A stretch of DNA of 24,000 nt, taken from assembly GCA_965208605.1 (NCBI GenBank), contig OZ242345.1, positions 1,471,380 to 1,495,379 of the forward strand. Direction: 5' to 3'. Each line of letters begins with the position of its first letter. The stretch's first letter is position 1. The position numbers and the translations under genes were made by a program. This DNA comes from Candidatus Azotimanducaceae bacterium (GTDB lineage Bacteria; Pseudomonadota; Gammaproteobacteria; Pseudomonadales; Azotimanducaceae). Under the pieces are notes generated by a model that ran no database searches, was not told the origin of the DNA, and saw only the letters and a program-made list of their open reading frames with translations. Positions 7,141-15,194 of the stretch are shown piece by piece.

Positions 7141-9546
7141 TCAATATAGCATAAGCTGAGTTTCCGAAACCTCATGCGCCTCTACATCAGCAGGATAAAA
7201 CCAAATACGTTTTTTGCCAAAATCAGAATAAAGATTGATCTGGTCATCAAAATTACTTGCGCGCTCCCCGGCTGGGTTAACAAATGCGTTTTGCCCAGGC
7301 GGTGTTACCTCATAACCGATAATTTCTCCAGGCTTCATTATAATCATATTATTTTCGGTACCGCGATTTTGTTCAAGTGGTGTCATCGTTGGTTGTTGAT
7401 CAAAATCCTGGGGGATGCCTAGAAAATTTTTCTTCGCATAGGGTCTGGGGTCAACCGCCAATTTCCATTCATCCATGGTTGTTCCTTGTGTTTCGGATAG
7501 CAGCTCCAAGGTATTTTGCAGACTCAGCGAAATCAGCTCTATTGCATTAGTACCATTGAGTAAATCAAAATCACCACGGCCATTTAATGACTCAAACACA
7601 GCTTTAAATCCAGCTTGTATATTGGTGCCTGCAGCTGTTGGTTTGCCAGGTTCAGGGTAGCCTGTTGATGCAAAATAGGGATAAATATCGCCCAGATCAT
7701 CCTTTAATGCTTGCTCAATCAATTGCTTCACAAAGGTTCTGAATATGACGGGAGCTGGTCCATCGTAATAGCCATCACCATTCAGGTCCTCGTAATGGCC
7801 ATTCCATTTTTGTAAAATCTGATTGGCCTCGCTTAAATTTTGATCCGAATCGGCCGACTGGTCAATCAGCTCTATCAAATAAACCAGGTGCAGATCGATA
7901 TTGGAGCTGGTTTTAATCAAGCCCCAGGCTTGATCTGCGCTGAATCGGTCTTGTTGTTCAATGACATCATGCAGGTAATCGACCCGGTCAGCTTCGCTCC
8001 AGCTGTACCAAAATTCGTCTGGATTCATCACACCGTATCCAGGCTTGTTATTCCAGTTCGCTAAATAACCACCAACTGGATTCAACACCCGAGGGTTTGC
8101 CAACAAAGGGGGCAACCGCCCTTGCCAATCCATACTGCCGTCGCCGGTAACTGGCAGTCGATTATCATGCCCATCAACGCGTTTAGGATATTGCCCTCCA
8201 TAGAAGTAACCGATGTTGCCATCAACATCAGCGAAGTACATATTGACGTTAATCGCTGATTTTTCTGCCTGCTCTATCCAACTTGCATAGTCCATAGCCC
8301 AGGTTGCATACAACCAGGCAAGCAAGGTTTCCAGTTCTTTGCCGTCCCAAGCCCGTTGTTTGGCATAAGCCGTCAATTGATTGCCGGTATTATTTTCATC
8401 ACGATGAATAATTGGGCCGTGGACAGAGCGGTAGAGCGTCACTATCTCGGATTCTTCGCCAAGCACATCAATAATTTCGGTTCTTGATTCCAGATCAATG
8501 TAAGCACCCTTATACCAGTATTGATTAGAGTTCTCCGGGTTAAGTTGTTCAATGAATATATCAACGATATCGCCTGCCCCCCAGGTACTACCCCAGGCTA
8601 TAGAATCGTTATGACCGAACATGACCATTGGATAGCCAAATGGTGTATTGCCGGCCACATCAATGCCCGCGCCATGCATACCCACTGAATAGACATAGGA
8701 AGGCGAAAACCAACCAAATTGAGGGCCATTAGCAAGTATCGCATTGCCTTCTGACACCTTATCTTTGCCTAGGACCCAACAGTTACTCATGCCAGAAATG
8801 CCTTGCTCGGTGAATGCAATATAGTTTTCTAGAGAGTTTTTAAGACCTGAATCAAATAGCGTTTCATTCATCGTTAGTGCGTCTGGAACCAAGTGATTCC
8901 ATTCTGCCAAAGGCACGGTTGTTGGTGCGTTGTTGGTATATCTTGGGTTCAACAAATCAAACAAGGCAGTAGCTTTATGTTTGCCATGCTGTGTTTCTAA
9001 TGTCTGAAGTATTTTTAAATTGTCAAGTTCAGTATTGAAATCTCCATAACGGTTAGCCATGGTGCCGACAAATATCATAACAACATCATAAGCAGTCCAG
9101 TTTTTCGGTTTAAAACCATAATCCAGAAATTGCTTTGGCATCAAAGTTTCTGGTTTTTTCTCTATTTCTGTCAACCAGGCATTCATGCCATCAGCATAGC
9201 CTGCAAAAACATTTTGATCTTTAGTATCCAATGCCGAGATCTGTTTTCTGATAGATACTGGTGAAAAAATTTGTCTGGCATGCTTGTCAAACTCTATATA
9301 ATCCGGCCCCAGCACTTCAGCAACAAGCCCCTGAGTGCTACGCCGAGCCATATCCATCTGAAACAATCGATCCTGCGCAACAGCATATCCATAGCCGTAA
9401 TAGAGCCCGTAAATTGAATCAGCGTAAATATGGGGCACACCGTATTCATCACGCACGATTCTCACGCTAGGCTCAGGGGAACCCGTTTGATTTTCTGTAC
9501 AAGCAATCAGAGCCATGAGAGCGCAACACAACATTAGTGGTTTCAT
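7141..9546 (-). CDS. pac: Penicillin G acylase-like Ntn-hydrolase (phenylacetyl-amide acylase), predicted lipoprotein
   Basis: 801 aa, colinear with E. coli PGA: IVRDEYGVPHIYA, YGYGYAVAQDRLFQMDMARRSTQG, GTMANR. The beta-chain N-terminus SNCWVLGK...NGPQFGW...GNTPFGYP..FGHN parallels SNMWVIGK...NGPQFGW. The catalytic Ser codon is at 8785-8787. The N-terminus MKPLMLCCALMALIAC carries a lipobox (LIAC). Confidence 0.9.
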   Translation of the reverse strand: MKPLMLCCALMALIACTENQTGSPEPSVRIVRDEYGVPHIYADSIYGLYYGYGYAVAQDRLFQMDMARRSTQGLVAEVLGPDYIEFDKHARQIFSPVSIRKQISALDTKDQNVFAGYADGMNAWLTEIEKKPETLMPKQFLDYGFKPKNWTAYDVVMIFVGTMANRYGDFNTELDNLKILQTLETQHGKHKATALFDLLNPRYTNNAPTTVPLAEWNHLVPDALTMNETLFDSGLKNSLENYIAFTEQGISGMSNCWVLGKDKVSEGNAILANGPQFGWFSPSYVYSVGMHGAGIDVAGNTPFGYPMVMFGHNDSIAWGSTWGAGDIVDIFIEQLNPENSNQYWYKGAYIDLESRTEIIDVLGEESEIVTLYRSVHGPIIHRDENNTGNQLTAYAKQRAWDGKELETLLAWLYATWAMDYASWIEQAEKSAINVNMYFADVDGNIGYFYGGQYPKRVDGHDNRLPVTGDGSMDWQGRLPPLLANPRVLNPVGGYLANWNNKPGYGVMNPDEFWYSWSEADRVDYLHDVIEQQDRFSADQAWGLIKTSSNIDLHLVYLIELIDQSADSDQNLSEANQILQKWNGHYEDLNGDGYYDGPAPVIFRTFVKQLIEQALKDDLGDIYPYFASTGYPEPGKPTAAGTNIQAGFKAVFESLNGRGDFDLLNGTNAIELISLSLQNTLELLSETQGTTMDEWKLAVDPRPYAKKNFLGIPQDFDQQPTMTPLEQNRGTENNMIIMKPGEIIGYEVTPPGQNAFVNPAGERASNFDDQINLYSDFGKKRIWFYPADVEAHEVSETQLMLY

Positions 9547-9590
9547 GGATTTCTCAGTGATAAATAATCAATAATAAAAAAGATTTTGCT

Positions 9591-9628
9591 AAATCAAAAA
9601 GACCGGAGACAGTAGCTGCCCCCGGTCT
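9591..9628 (-). terminator. Rho-independent terminator after TBDR1
   Basis: The minus-strand RNA reads AGACCGG-(15 nt, with an inner 4-bp GCAG/CUGU pairing)-CCGGUCU followed by UUUUGAUUU. Confidence 0.6.
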
Positions 9629-9654
9629 CTTAATATACAGTCTCTTAATATACT
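9625..9654. repeat. Tandem 15-bp direct repeat x2 (GTCTCTTAATATACA / GTCTCTTAATATACT)
   Basis: Read directly from the sequence, 14 of 15 positions identical. The left copy overlaps the terminator stem. The repeat lies between the TBDR1 stop and the acylase gene. Confidence 0.8.
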
Positions 9655-9699
9655 AGCTTCCAAGTGCACTAGGGCATTATGAAATTGGGTAGCGGCTTC

Positions 9700-12048
9700 T
9701 CACTGGAAATTCCAGTATGCTGACAGGCCGAAAGTTCTGGGTGGACCCCAAACACCGATACCGCCAGGGCCAATAACATATTGGTGAGAAATGTAGTCTT
9801 CTTCGGTGAGGTTTTTGCCCCAAAATGCTACTTCCCAGTCTTCGCTGGGAGAAACCCAACCAAGACGAACCTCCAGCAACTGGTGTTCATCGGAGGTGAT
9901 ACGTTGATCAGGGTAATCTTGATGCTGGTCATCGGATGTGCTGTACCCAATACGAAGGTCATACCCCCCCCCCGATTCTGTAGGCAGGTGGTAAGATAAA
10001 GTTAAGTTAGAAGTAACGCGTGGTGCGCGAGTTATGTCGCTCCCAGATACATCCTTTGGACCAGCTGGAAGCTCAATAACGAGATCATTCACTTCAGTAT
10101 CCAGAAAAGCCACGAATCCGGAAAGTTGTAAGTTTGTTGACAGGTTCCAGGTGATTTCTGCTTCTGCGCCTTTAATTTCCGCATCGCCCAGGTTGGCCGT
10201 CACGAAGGTACCAAATGTCGAACCGGCGACGGGACCAAAACGAACGATTTGTAAATCTTCATAATCGGTATAGAAGGCCGTGAAGTTAAAACGGAAGTTA
10301 TCTGTCAAATCACCTTTGTAGCCAAGTTCATAGTTGATCGCTGTTTCTGGATCAACCGGCAACGACGCGCTGGCTTTAATACCTTGAGAACCAGCAAAGC
10401 CGCCACTCTTAAAGCCTTCTGAAATAGACCCAAAAAACATGGAGTCCTCAGTCGCAAAATACTGCAAGGCGATCTTGGACGAGAAGTTACTCCAAGAATC
10501 AGAAGGGTTAACCTCAAAAACTTCAGCAATAATCTTCAAACTGCCGCCAACACCACCGCAGGCGGCAAAGTTCTCAAACCGGGTGCCTACAAGGGACGGA
10601 TCATTACTTGCTACCAAGCCACAGTTTACCGACTCCGCCGTGTAATCTTTCTTGTCATTGGTATAACGCGCGCCAAAAGTCAAATGTAACTGCTCGCTTA
10701 TTTCCCAGGTGCCTTGTCCATAGACAGCGGAGCTGGTTGTTTCATTAGCGGTTCGAGCATACTCATTGCCAACCACAGCTTGAGAGCCAACCTCCGTGAT
10801 ACGGAATGGCATTGAAGGATCAGCAAAGGTACCAGCTTGAGTGATTCGGAAGATTTCAGTCCGCTCAGTGTCTTCAGTAAAGTAATACAATCCAGCAGTG
10901 TAGTTAAACGGTCCATTCAAAGTAGAAGTCCACCGAAATTCCTGAGAGAAGGTATCAATGTCTTCGACGATATCGTCAATGACTTCATCAAATGGCGCAA
11001 TCCCTCCCCCTAGAGGAGCACCAACAGACGCCATTTCCCAATCAGTTTCTGCATGCCGAGAAGCCGTGATGGTGGTTAAGATGCCATTTTCAAATTCAAT
11101 ATCGCCTTGAAGACTGATGCCATTGGCTTCCCGTTTGGAAAATCCATCATAGGATGCCGCATTCTGGCGAGGGCCAGTCACGCCGTTCTGGGCAAGGATA
11201 GCTTGAAGAGGTGCATTATCGTTGACCGGAGTTCGCCCAAGATCAGCGCGGTCATCTTCCATCGTATCAACAGAGAGCAGCCAGTCAGAAGTGTCCGATT
11301 GCCAACGTAATTGACCTCTAAAAGCAGTTTGATCTTCTGTCTGCAGATCTGTACCTAGCACCACATTGCGCACAAAACCATCATGCTCCCGGTGGCTTAC
11401 AGACAATTTACCAGACAGGCTTTCAGACAGCGCACCGCCAAATAACCCTTGATATCGCATAATGCCTTCGTTACCAACTGTCACTCCCAGCTTGGCCGTA
11501 GTGGTTCCGCTAGGCTTGCTGGAAACCACATTGATGGCACCACCAATTGCATTACGCCCAAAGAGGGTACCCTGGGGTCCACGCAAGACTTCAATTCGCT
11601 CTAGGTCAAACATCTCAAAGTTAATGCTGGCACCGCGACCGATATAAACACCATCCAGAAATAGTGCCACCGAGTTGTCCAAGCCCGCGCCATCATCAGC
11701 GGAAGAAATCCCCCGCAATGAAGGAATTGCTTGACCAGGAGAAAACTCCGAGTACGACAGTCCCGGTGTATGCTGAGCAATTCCTGCCGCGTCAAATATA
11801 TCCGCCTTTATAATCGTGTCAGCACTGAGCGCGGTTACTGTAACGGGAACATCTTGAATGTTCTGCGCTCTATGCTGAGAGGTGACGATGATTTCCTCAA
11901 GCTCATAACCCCTGGCTCCCTGTTCTTCCTGTGCAGCGGCAGTTTCTATTGTGGCACCACTCATTGCAACGACACTCATTGCTACAACAATCGCCCAGCA
12001 TCCCCCCATATACGTTTTTTTATTCGTTATCTTTGTTGCATCTAACAT
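9700..12048 (-). CDS. TonB-dependent outer-membrane receptor (TBDR1)
   Basis: It has a plug domain with TonB box LEEIIVTS, then VEVLRGPQGTLFGRNAIGGAINVVS, and a long beta-barrel with the FKSGGF motif. The ORF-track start at 12120 was trimmed to the ATG at 12048, which follows GGGGGA by 7 nt and precedes a signal-like segment (WAIVVAMSVVAMSGA). Confidence 0.9.
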   Translation of the reverse strand: MLDATKITNKKTYMGGCWAIVVAMSVVAMSGATIETAAAQEEQGARGYELEEIIVTSQHRAQNIQDVPVTVTALSADTIIKADIFDAAGIAQHTPGLSYSEFSPGQAIPSLRGISSADDGAGLDNSVALFLDGVYIGRGASINFEMFDLERIEVLRGPQGTLFGRNAIGGAINVVSSKPSGTTTAKLGVTVGNEGIMRYQGLFGGALSESLSGKLSVSHREHDGFVRNVVLGTDLQTEDQTAFRGQLRWQSDTSDWLLSVDTMEDDRADLGRTPVNDNAPLQAILAQNGVTGPRQNAASYDGFSKREANGISLQGDIEFENGILTTITASRHAETDWEMASVGAPLGGGIAPFDEVIDDIVEDIDTFSQEFRWTSTLNGPFNYTAGLYYFTEDTERTEIFRITQAGTFADPSMPFRITEVGSQAVVGNEYARTANETTSSAVYGQGTWEISEQLHLTFGARYTNDKKDYTAESVNCGLVASNDPSLVGTRFENFAACGGVGGSLKIIAEVFEVNPSDSWSNFSSKIALQYFATEDSMFFGSISEGFKSGGFAGSQGIKASASLPVDPETAINYELGYKGDLTDNFRFNFTAFYTDYEDLQIVRFGPVAGSTFGTFVTANLGDAEIKGAEAEITWNLSTNLQLSGFVAFLDTEVNDLVIELPAGPKDVSGSDITRAPRVTSNLTLSYHLPTESGGGYDLRIGYSTSDDQHQDYPDQRITSDEHQLLEVRLGWVSPSEDWEVAFWGKNLTEEDYISHQYVIGPGGIGVWGPPRTFGLSAYWNFQ
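9964..9973 (-). repeat. Homopolymeric G10 tract (C10 on the plus strand) inside the TBDR1 coding sequence
   Basis: Read directly: ataCCCCCCCCCCgatt. It encodes the GGG of ...PTESGGGYDL..., about 90 codons before the stop. Confidence 0.95.
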
Positions 12049-12429
12049 GAAGTATCCCCCTTCTTTAAGAAAACATTCGTAATTTTTTACCTGCATAGAC
12101 ATAGGCTGGAAGCTTCCCAACCTTATTCAGCAAGCAACAGCGGCGGGTATAGTGATTGAAAAATGCAGCGGATGCAAGCCACTGCCACACTGATACGAAT
12201 AAATTCAACAAATTAAAGGTAATATAATTTATTTTTATATCTATTTCTCACTGGTGCTGGCGGCAACCCAGCGCCCCATGAATATCGGAACACCGTTCGC
12301 CGACTGATGTCTGCTTAACTGTCTGAATCTTCCTTCCTGATGTAGCTAGGATGTCACGATAGGCGACTTAAAGCAAAACACAGTCCCGATTGCTTAATAC
12401 CACGTAAGAAAATATGGAAAAAGGCGAAT

Positions 12430-12490
12430 GAACAAGATTTGTTCGATAAGCAAACTGTCCGCTCGCCCTACTCATGCGGTCAACAGTTTG
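12430..12490. repeat. Two adjacent inverted repeats in the divergent TBDR intergenic region
   Basis: The first is GAACAA-GAT-TTGTTC (12430-12444). The second is CAAACTGTCCGC-N13-GCGG-TCA-ACAGTTTG (12451-12490), with 12 paired bases. Function is unknown; it could be an operator or an RNA stem-loop. Confidence 0.5.
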
Positions 12491-12657
12491 TCCTGTTCTG
12501 TCAAAGCATAAAGCTATTGCGATGATGTATTGTGCGTGCCTGCGCTGCAAGCAAGTTATATGTGCGCTTATTCCCATGCTTGAATTCACGATGTAGCACT
12601 AGCGATTGTATTCGATGATAGTGCGCAAATTCTTGATTACTAAAAAGGGTCCCGGTC

Positions 12658-15114
12658 ATGCACACTCTTCAAACATACCTCACACTTATCAATGGGTTAC
12701 GTACAGCAATAGTTGCCGTCGTGACATTAAGCATCCCGCTATCGGTTCAGGCAGTGATGCTTGAGGAAGTTGTCGTCACTGCGCAAAAGCGCGAACAGAG
12801 TGCGAACGATATTGGTATCACCATGAATGCGTTCTCAGGCGATTTACTCCGCGACCTAGGCGTGGCATCCGCGGAGGATATAGCGGTTATTACGCCGGGG
12901 TTAACCGTGAATGAGACCGCCGCGACAGGCGTGCCTCTGTATACAATTCGTGGTGTTGGCTTTCAGGACTATTCCACATCCGCATCATCGACTGTTGGCT
13001 TGTACTTCGATGAAGTGGCTATTCCATACACTGTCATGAGCCGTGGCGCCATCTTCGATGTGGAACGAGTCGAGGTACTAAAAGGTCCGCAGGGTGATCT
13101 TTATGGGCGTAACACAACAGCAGGTCAAATCAATTTCGTAAGCCGCAAGCCAACCGACGAATTTGAGGCGAGGGTTTCTTTAGGTATCGCCAATTTTGGA
13201 ACAGTGGAACTCGAGGGCTATGTCAGCGGCGCAATATCTTCGTCGGTTAATGGTCGCCTGTCTTTCAGAACGGAGCAATCCAGCGAGGGTTGGCAGAAAA
13301 GCACCACCCGCAATGACGAATTGGGTGAAAAAGACATTACGGCTATCCGCGCAATCCTTGACATTGACCTAAGCGAAAACGCCAGCCTGTTACTGAACGC
13401 TCATTATGTTGATGACGGCTCAGATAACAGAGCCAACACGGCCTACGATGGAAGAATTATTGGACAGGCTCTGTCTAACAACCCTTATCTACCACTGGAC
13501 CAGTATGTTATTCCAACAGGTGTAAATTTTGGTGGGACGCCGCCTTGGTTCTCCACAGGCGATAACCGTGCTGCGGATTGGACTAACAGTTATACAAGCT
13601 TGACGGGTCAAGTATTCGATCTTCGACCGCAGCGCGATAATCAACTATTTGGCTTGTCAGCGCGACTGGAGTGGCATTTCAATAATGTTACGTTGACCAG
13701 TATTTCTGGCTACGATACGTTTGACCGTGAGGAAGCTAACGATTGGGATGGTGGTTTCTTCAACGATTCGTCAAACATCAACACCACAGAAATCAACGTC
13801 TTCTCTCAAGAGCTACGTTTAAGTGGCGACAATGAGGAATTATCCTGGATTGCTGGGCTTTACTATTCAAAAGATGATGTGGACGAATATTACCATTACT
13901 TTATGTCGGACTCGGTCTTTGGCCTGGGTTCCATCCCATTTGGCGTCGCATTGTTTGCAACTACCCCCATTCGCGAACTAGACACCAAGTATCAGCAAGA
14001 CACAGATTCTTTCGCCGTGTTTGGTCATGTGGAATGGGAGTTTGCGGAGCGCTGGCACCTAACAGCCGGCTTACGTTATACCGATGAAGAGCGCAATTGG
14101 ACGGGCTGCACATTCGTGGCAGCGGACGGTAGTCTCGCCGGATTCCTTAACAAGTCATTTGGCGCTACGTTACAGCCAGGCGATTGCGGCACGATTAACG
14201 ATGATCCTACCTCACCCAATTTCGTCTTGTTTCTTGCCGGTACGCCGAATGTTAATGACGCCTTTCCAGTTTTCACCTCTAGGATTAGCACTAGTAAAAC
14301 CATGGGGAAAATAGGTGTGGATTATTCCTTTTCGGATGATGCTCTAGGCTACCTCACAGTTTCGACAGGCTTCAAATCCGGCGGTTTTAATGGTGCAAAC
14401 TCCAACACATCAGGGCAACTTCGTCCGTACCGGGAAGAGGAGCTAACGGCTATTGAACTAGGCTTAAAAGCAACCCTATTGGATGGTGCCATGCAGCTGA
14501 ATGCCGCGATATTCAACTATGACTATCAAGACAAGCAGGAGCAAGAGCGTGCTGTCACGTTTGTGGGGAATATTTCTGGCTTGACCAACGTTCCCGAATC
14601 CGAAATCAATGGTTCAGAGCTCGACGTGCAGTGGCAGGTGAACGATGGCTTGTACCTGAGTTGGGGCGTGGCTTTTCTGGGTACTGAAATCAAGGAGTGG
14701 GATGCGGTATCGAATGATAGCAACTACGATTTTGCTAATCTGCAGCCAAATATTATTACCTTTAGTGCTGCTGGCCTTGAACTGGCCCAGGCCCCAGAGG
14801 TTAGCTATCACTTTCTGGCTTCGTACAGCTGGAAACTTAGCAGCGATTGGACTATGGAAGTTGCTGGTGATATCAACTTTCAAGACGACACCACCGGTGG
14901 TGCACAACCCACCGATGCGACCAAAGACTTTACTTTGATCGGTGCTCGAATTGGCGTAACTAGTGCGGACGAAAAGTGGCGCATATTGTTGTGGAGCAAG
15001 AACCTGGCGGATGAGGACTACTATCCGGCAGCATATACGGGTGGTAACGGCCCCTATGTGCGCTCCAATGGCATGCCCCGAACCTACGGAGTCAGCCTGG
15101 ACTATAGCCTCTAG
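12658..15114 (+). CDS. TonB-dependent outer-membrane receptor (TBDR2)
   Basis: 818 aa. Signal peptide (...SIPLSVQA), TonB box LEEVVVTA, plug motif VEVLKGPQGDLYGRNTTAGQINFVS, and barrel motifs FKSGGFNG and YGVSLDYS. The RBS AAAGGG lies 8 nt upstream of the start. Confidence 0.9.
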   Translation: MHTLQTYLTLINGLRTAIVAVVTLSIPLSVQAVMLEEVVVTAQKREQSANDIGITMNAFSGDLLRDLGVASAEDIAVITPGLTVNETAATGVPLYTIRGVGFQDYSTSASSTVGLYFDEVAIPYTVMSRGAIFDVERVEVLKGPQGDLYGRNTTAGQINFVSRKPTDEFEARVSLGIANFGTVELEGYVSGAISSSVNGRLSFRTEQSSEGWQKSTTRNDELGEKDITAIRAILDIDLSENASLLLNAHYVDDGSDNRANTAYDGRIIGQALSNNPYLPLDQYVIPTGVNFGGTPPWFSTGDNRAADWTNSYTSLTGQVFDLRPQRDNQLFGLSARLEWHFNNVTLTSISGYDTFDREEANDWDGGFFNDSSNINTTEINVFSQELRLSGDNEELSWIAGLYYSKDDVDEYYHYFMSDSVFGLGSIPFGVALFATTPIRELDTKYQQDTDSFAVFGHVEWEFAERWHLTAGLRYTDEERNWTGCTFVAADGSLAGFLNKSFGATLQPGDCGTINDDPTSPNFVLFLAGTPNVNDAFPVFTSRISTSKTMGKIGVDYSFSDDALGYLTVSTGFKSGGFNGANSNTSGQLRPYREEELTAIELGLKATLLDGAMQLNAAIFNYDYQDKQEQERAVTFVGNISGLTNVPESEINGSELDVQWQVNDGLYLSWGVAFLGTEIKEWDAVSNDSNYDFANLQPNIITFSAAGLELAQAPEVSYHFLASYSWKLSSDWTMEVAGDINFQDDTTGGAQPTDATKDFTLIGARIGVTSADEKWRILLWSKNLADEDYYPAAYTGGNGPYVRSNGMPRTYGVSLDYSL

Positions 15115-15129
15115 ATGATGAATCCTCAT

Positions 15130-15152
15130 CCCCGGCAATGAGCCGGGGTTTT
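15130..15152 (+). terminator. Hairpin terminator or attenuator between TBDR2 and the amidohydrolase genes
   Basis: CCCCGGC-AATGA-GCCGGGG forms a perfect 7-bp GC-rich stem followed by TTTT. It sits 16 nt after the TBDR2 stop. Confidence 0.65.
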
Positions 15153-15194
15153 ACAGGGTTTCGGAAATAACCAACATCTAGTCGGAGTAGGAAA

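Noticed and set aside
7141-9546. Calling the acylase an AHL (quorum-quenching) acylase of the PvdQ/QuiP type
   Set aside because: By-eye colinearity with E. coli penicillin G acylase is much stronger (IVRDEYG.PHIYA, QDRLFQM.MARR, SN.W..GK, NGPQFGW). The paa context also argues for phenylacetyl substrates. AHL activity cannot be excluded without an assay.
9700-9720. Non-aromatic C-terminal residues of both TBDRs (...YWNFQ and, at 15094-15114, ...LDYSL) as a possible sign of truncation
   Set aside because: Both ORFs are full length with intact barrel motifs, and an aromatic residue sits at or within three residues of the terminus. C-terminal variation of this kind is known in TBDRs.
12178-12184. 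GCCACTG, reminiscent of the conserved core of cobalamin riboswitches, near two TonB-dependent receptors
   Set aside because: It is an isolated 7-mer. I could not find the surrounding conserved helices or a B12-box, and it lies about 480 nt from the plus-strand gene and on the wrong strand for TBDR1. It needs an Infernal scan before any claim.
12368-12589. 73-aa ORF (GTG start) in the divergent intergenic region
   Set aside because: It has no RBS and no recognisable domain, its composition is atypical, and it lies across the inverted repeats. It is more likely non-coding regulatory DNA.
12614-12632. Fur-box-like sequence GATGATAGTGCGCAAATTC upstream of TBDR2
   Set aside because: It matches only about 10 of 19 positions of GATAATGATAATCATTATC by my count and lacks dyad symmetry. 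The neighbouring genes point to organic-substrate uptake rather than iron.
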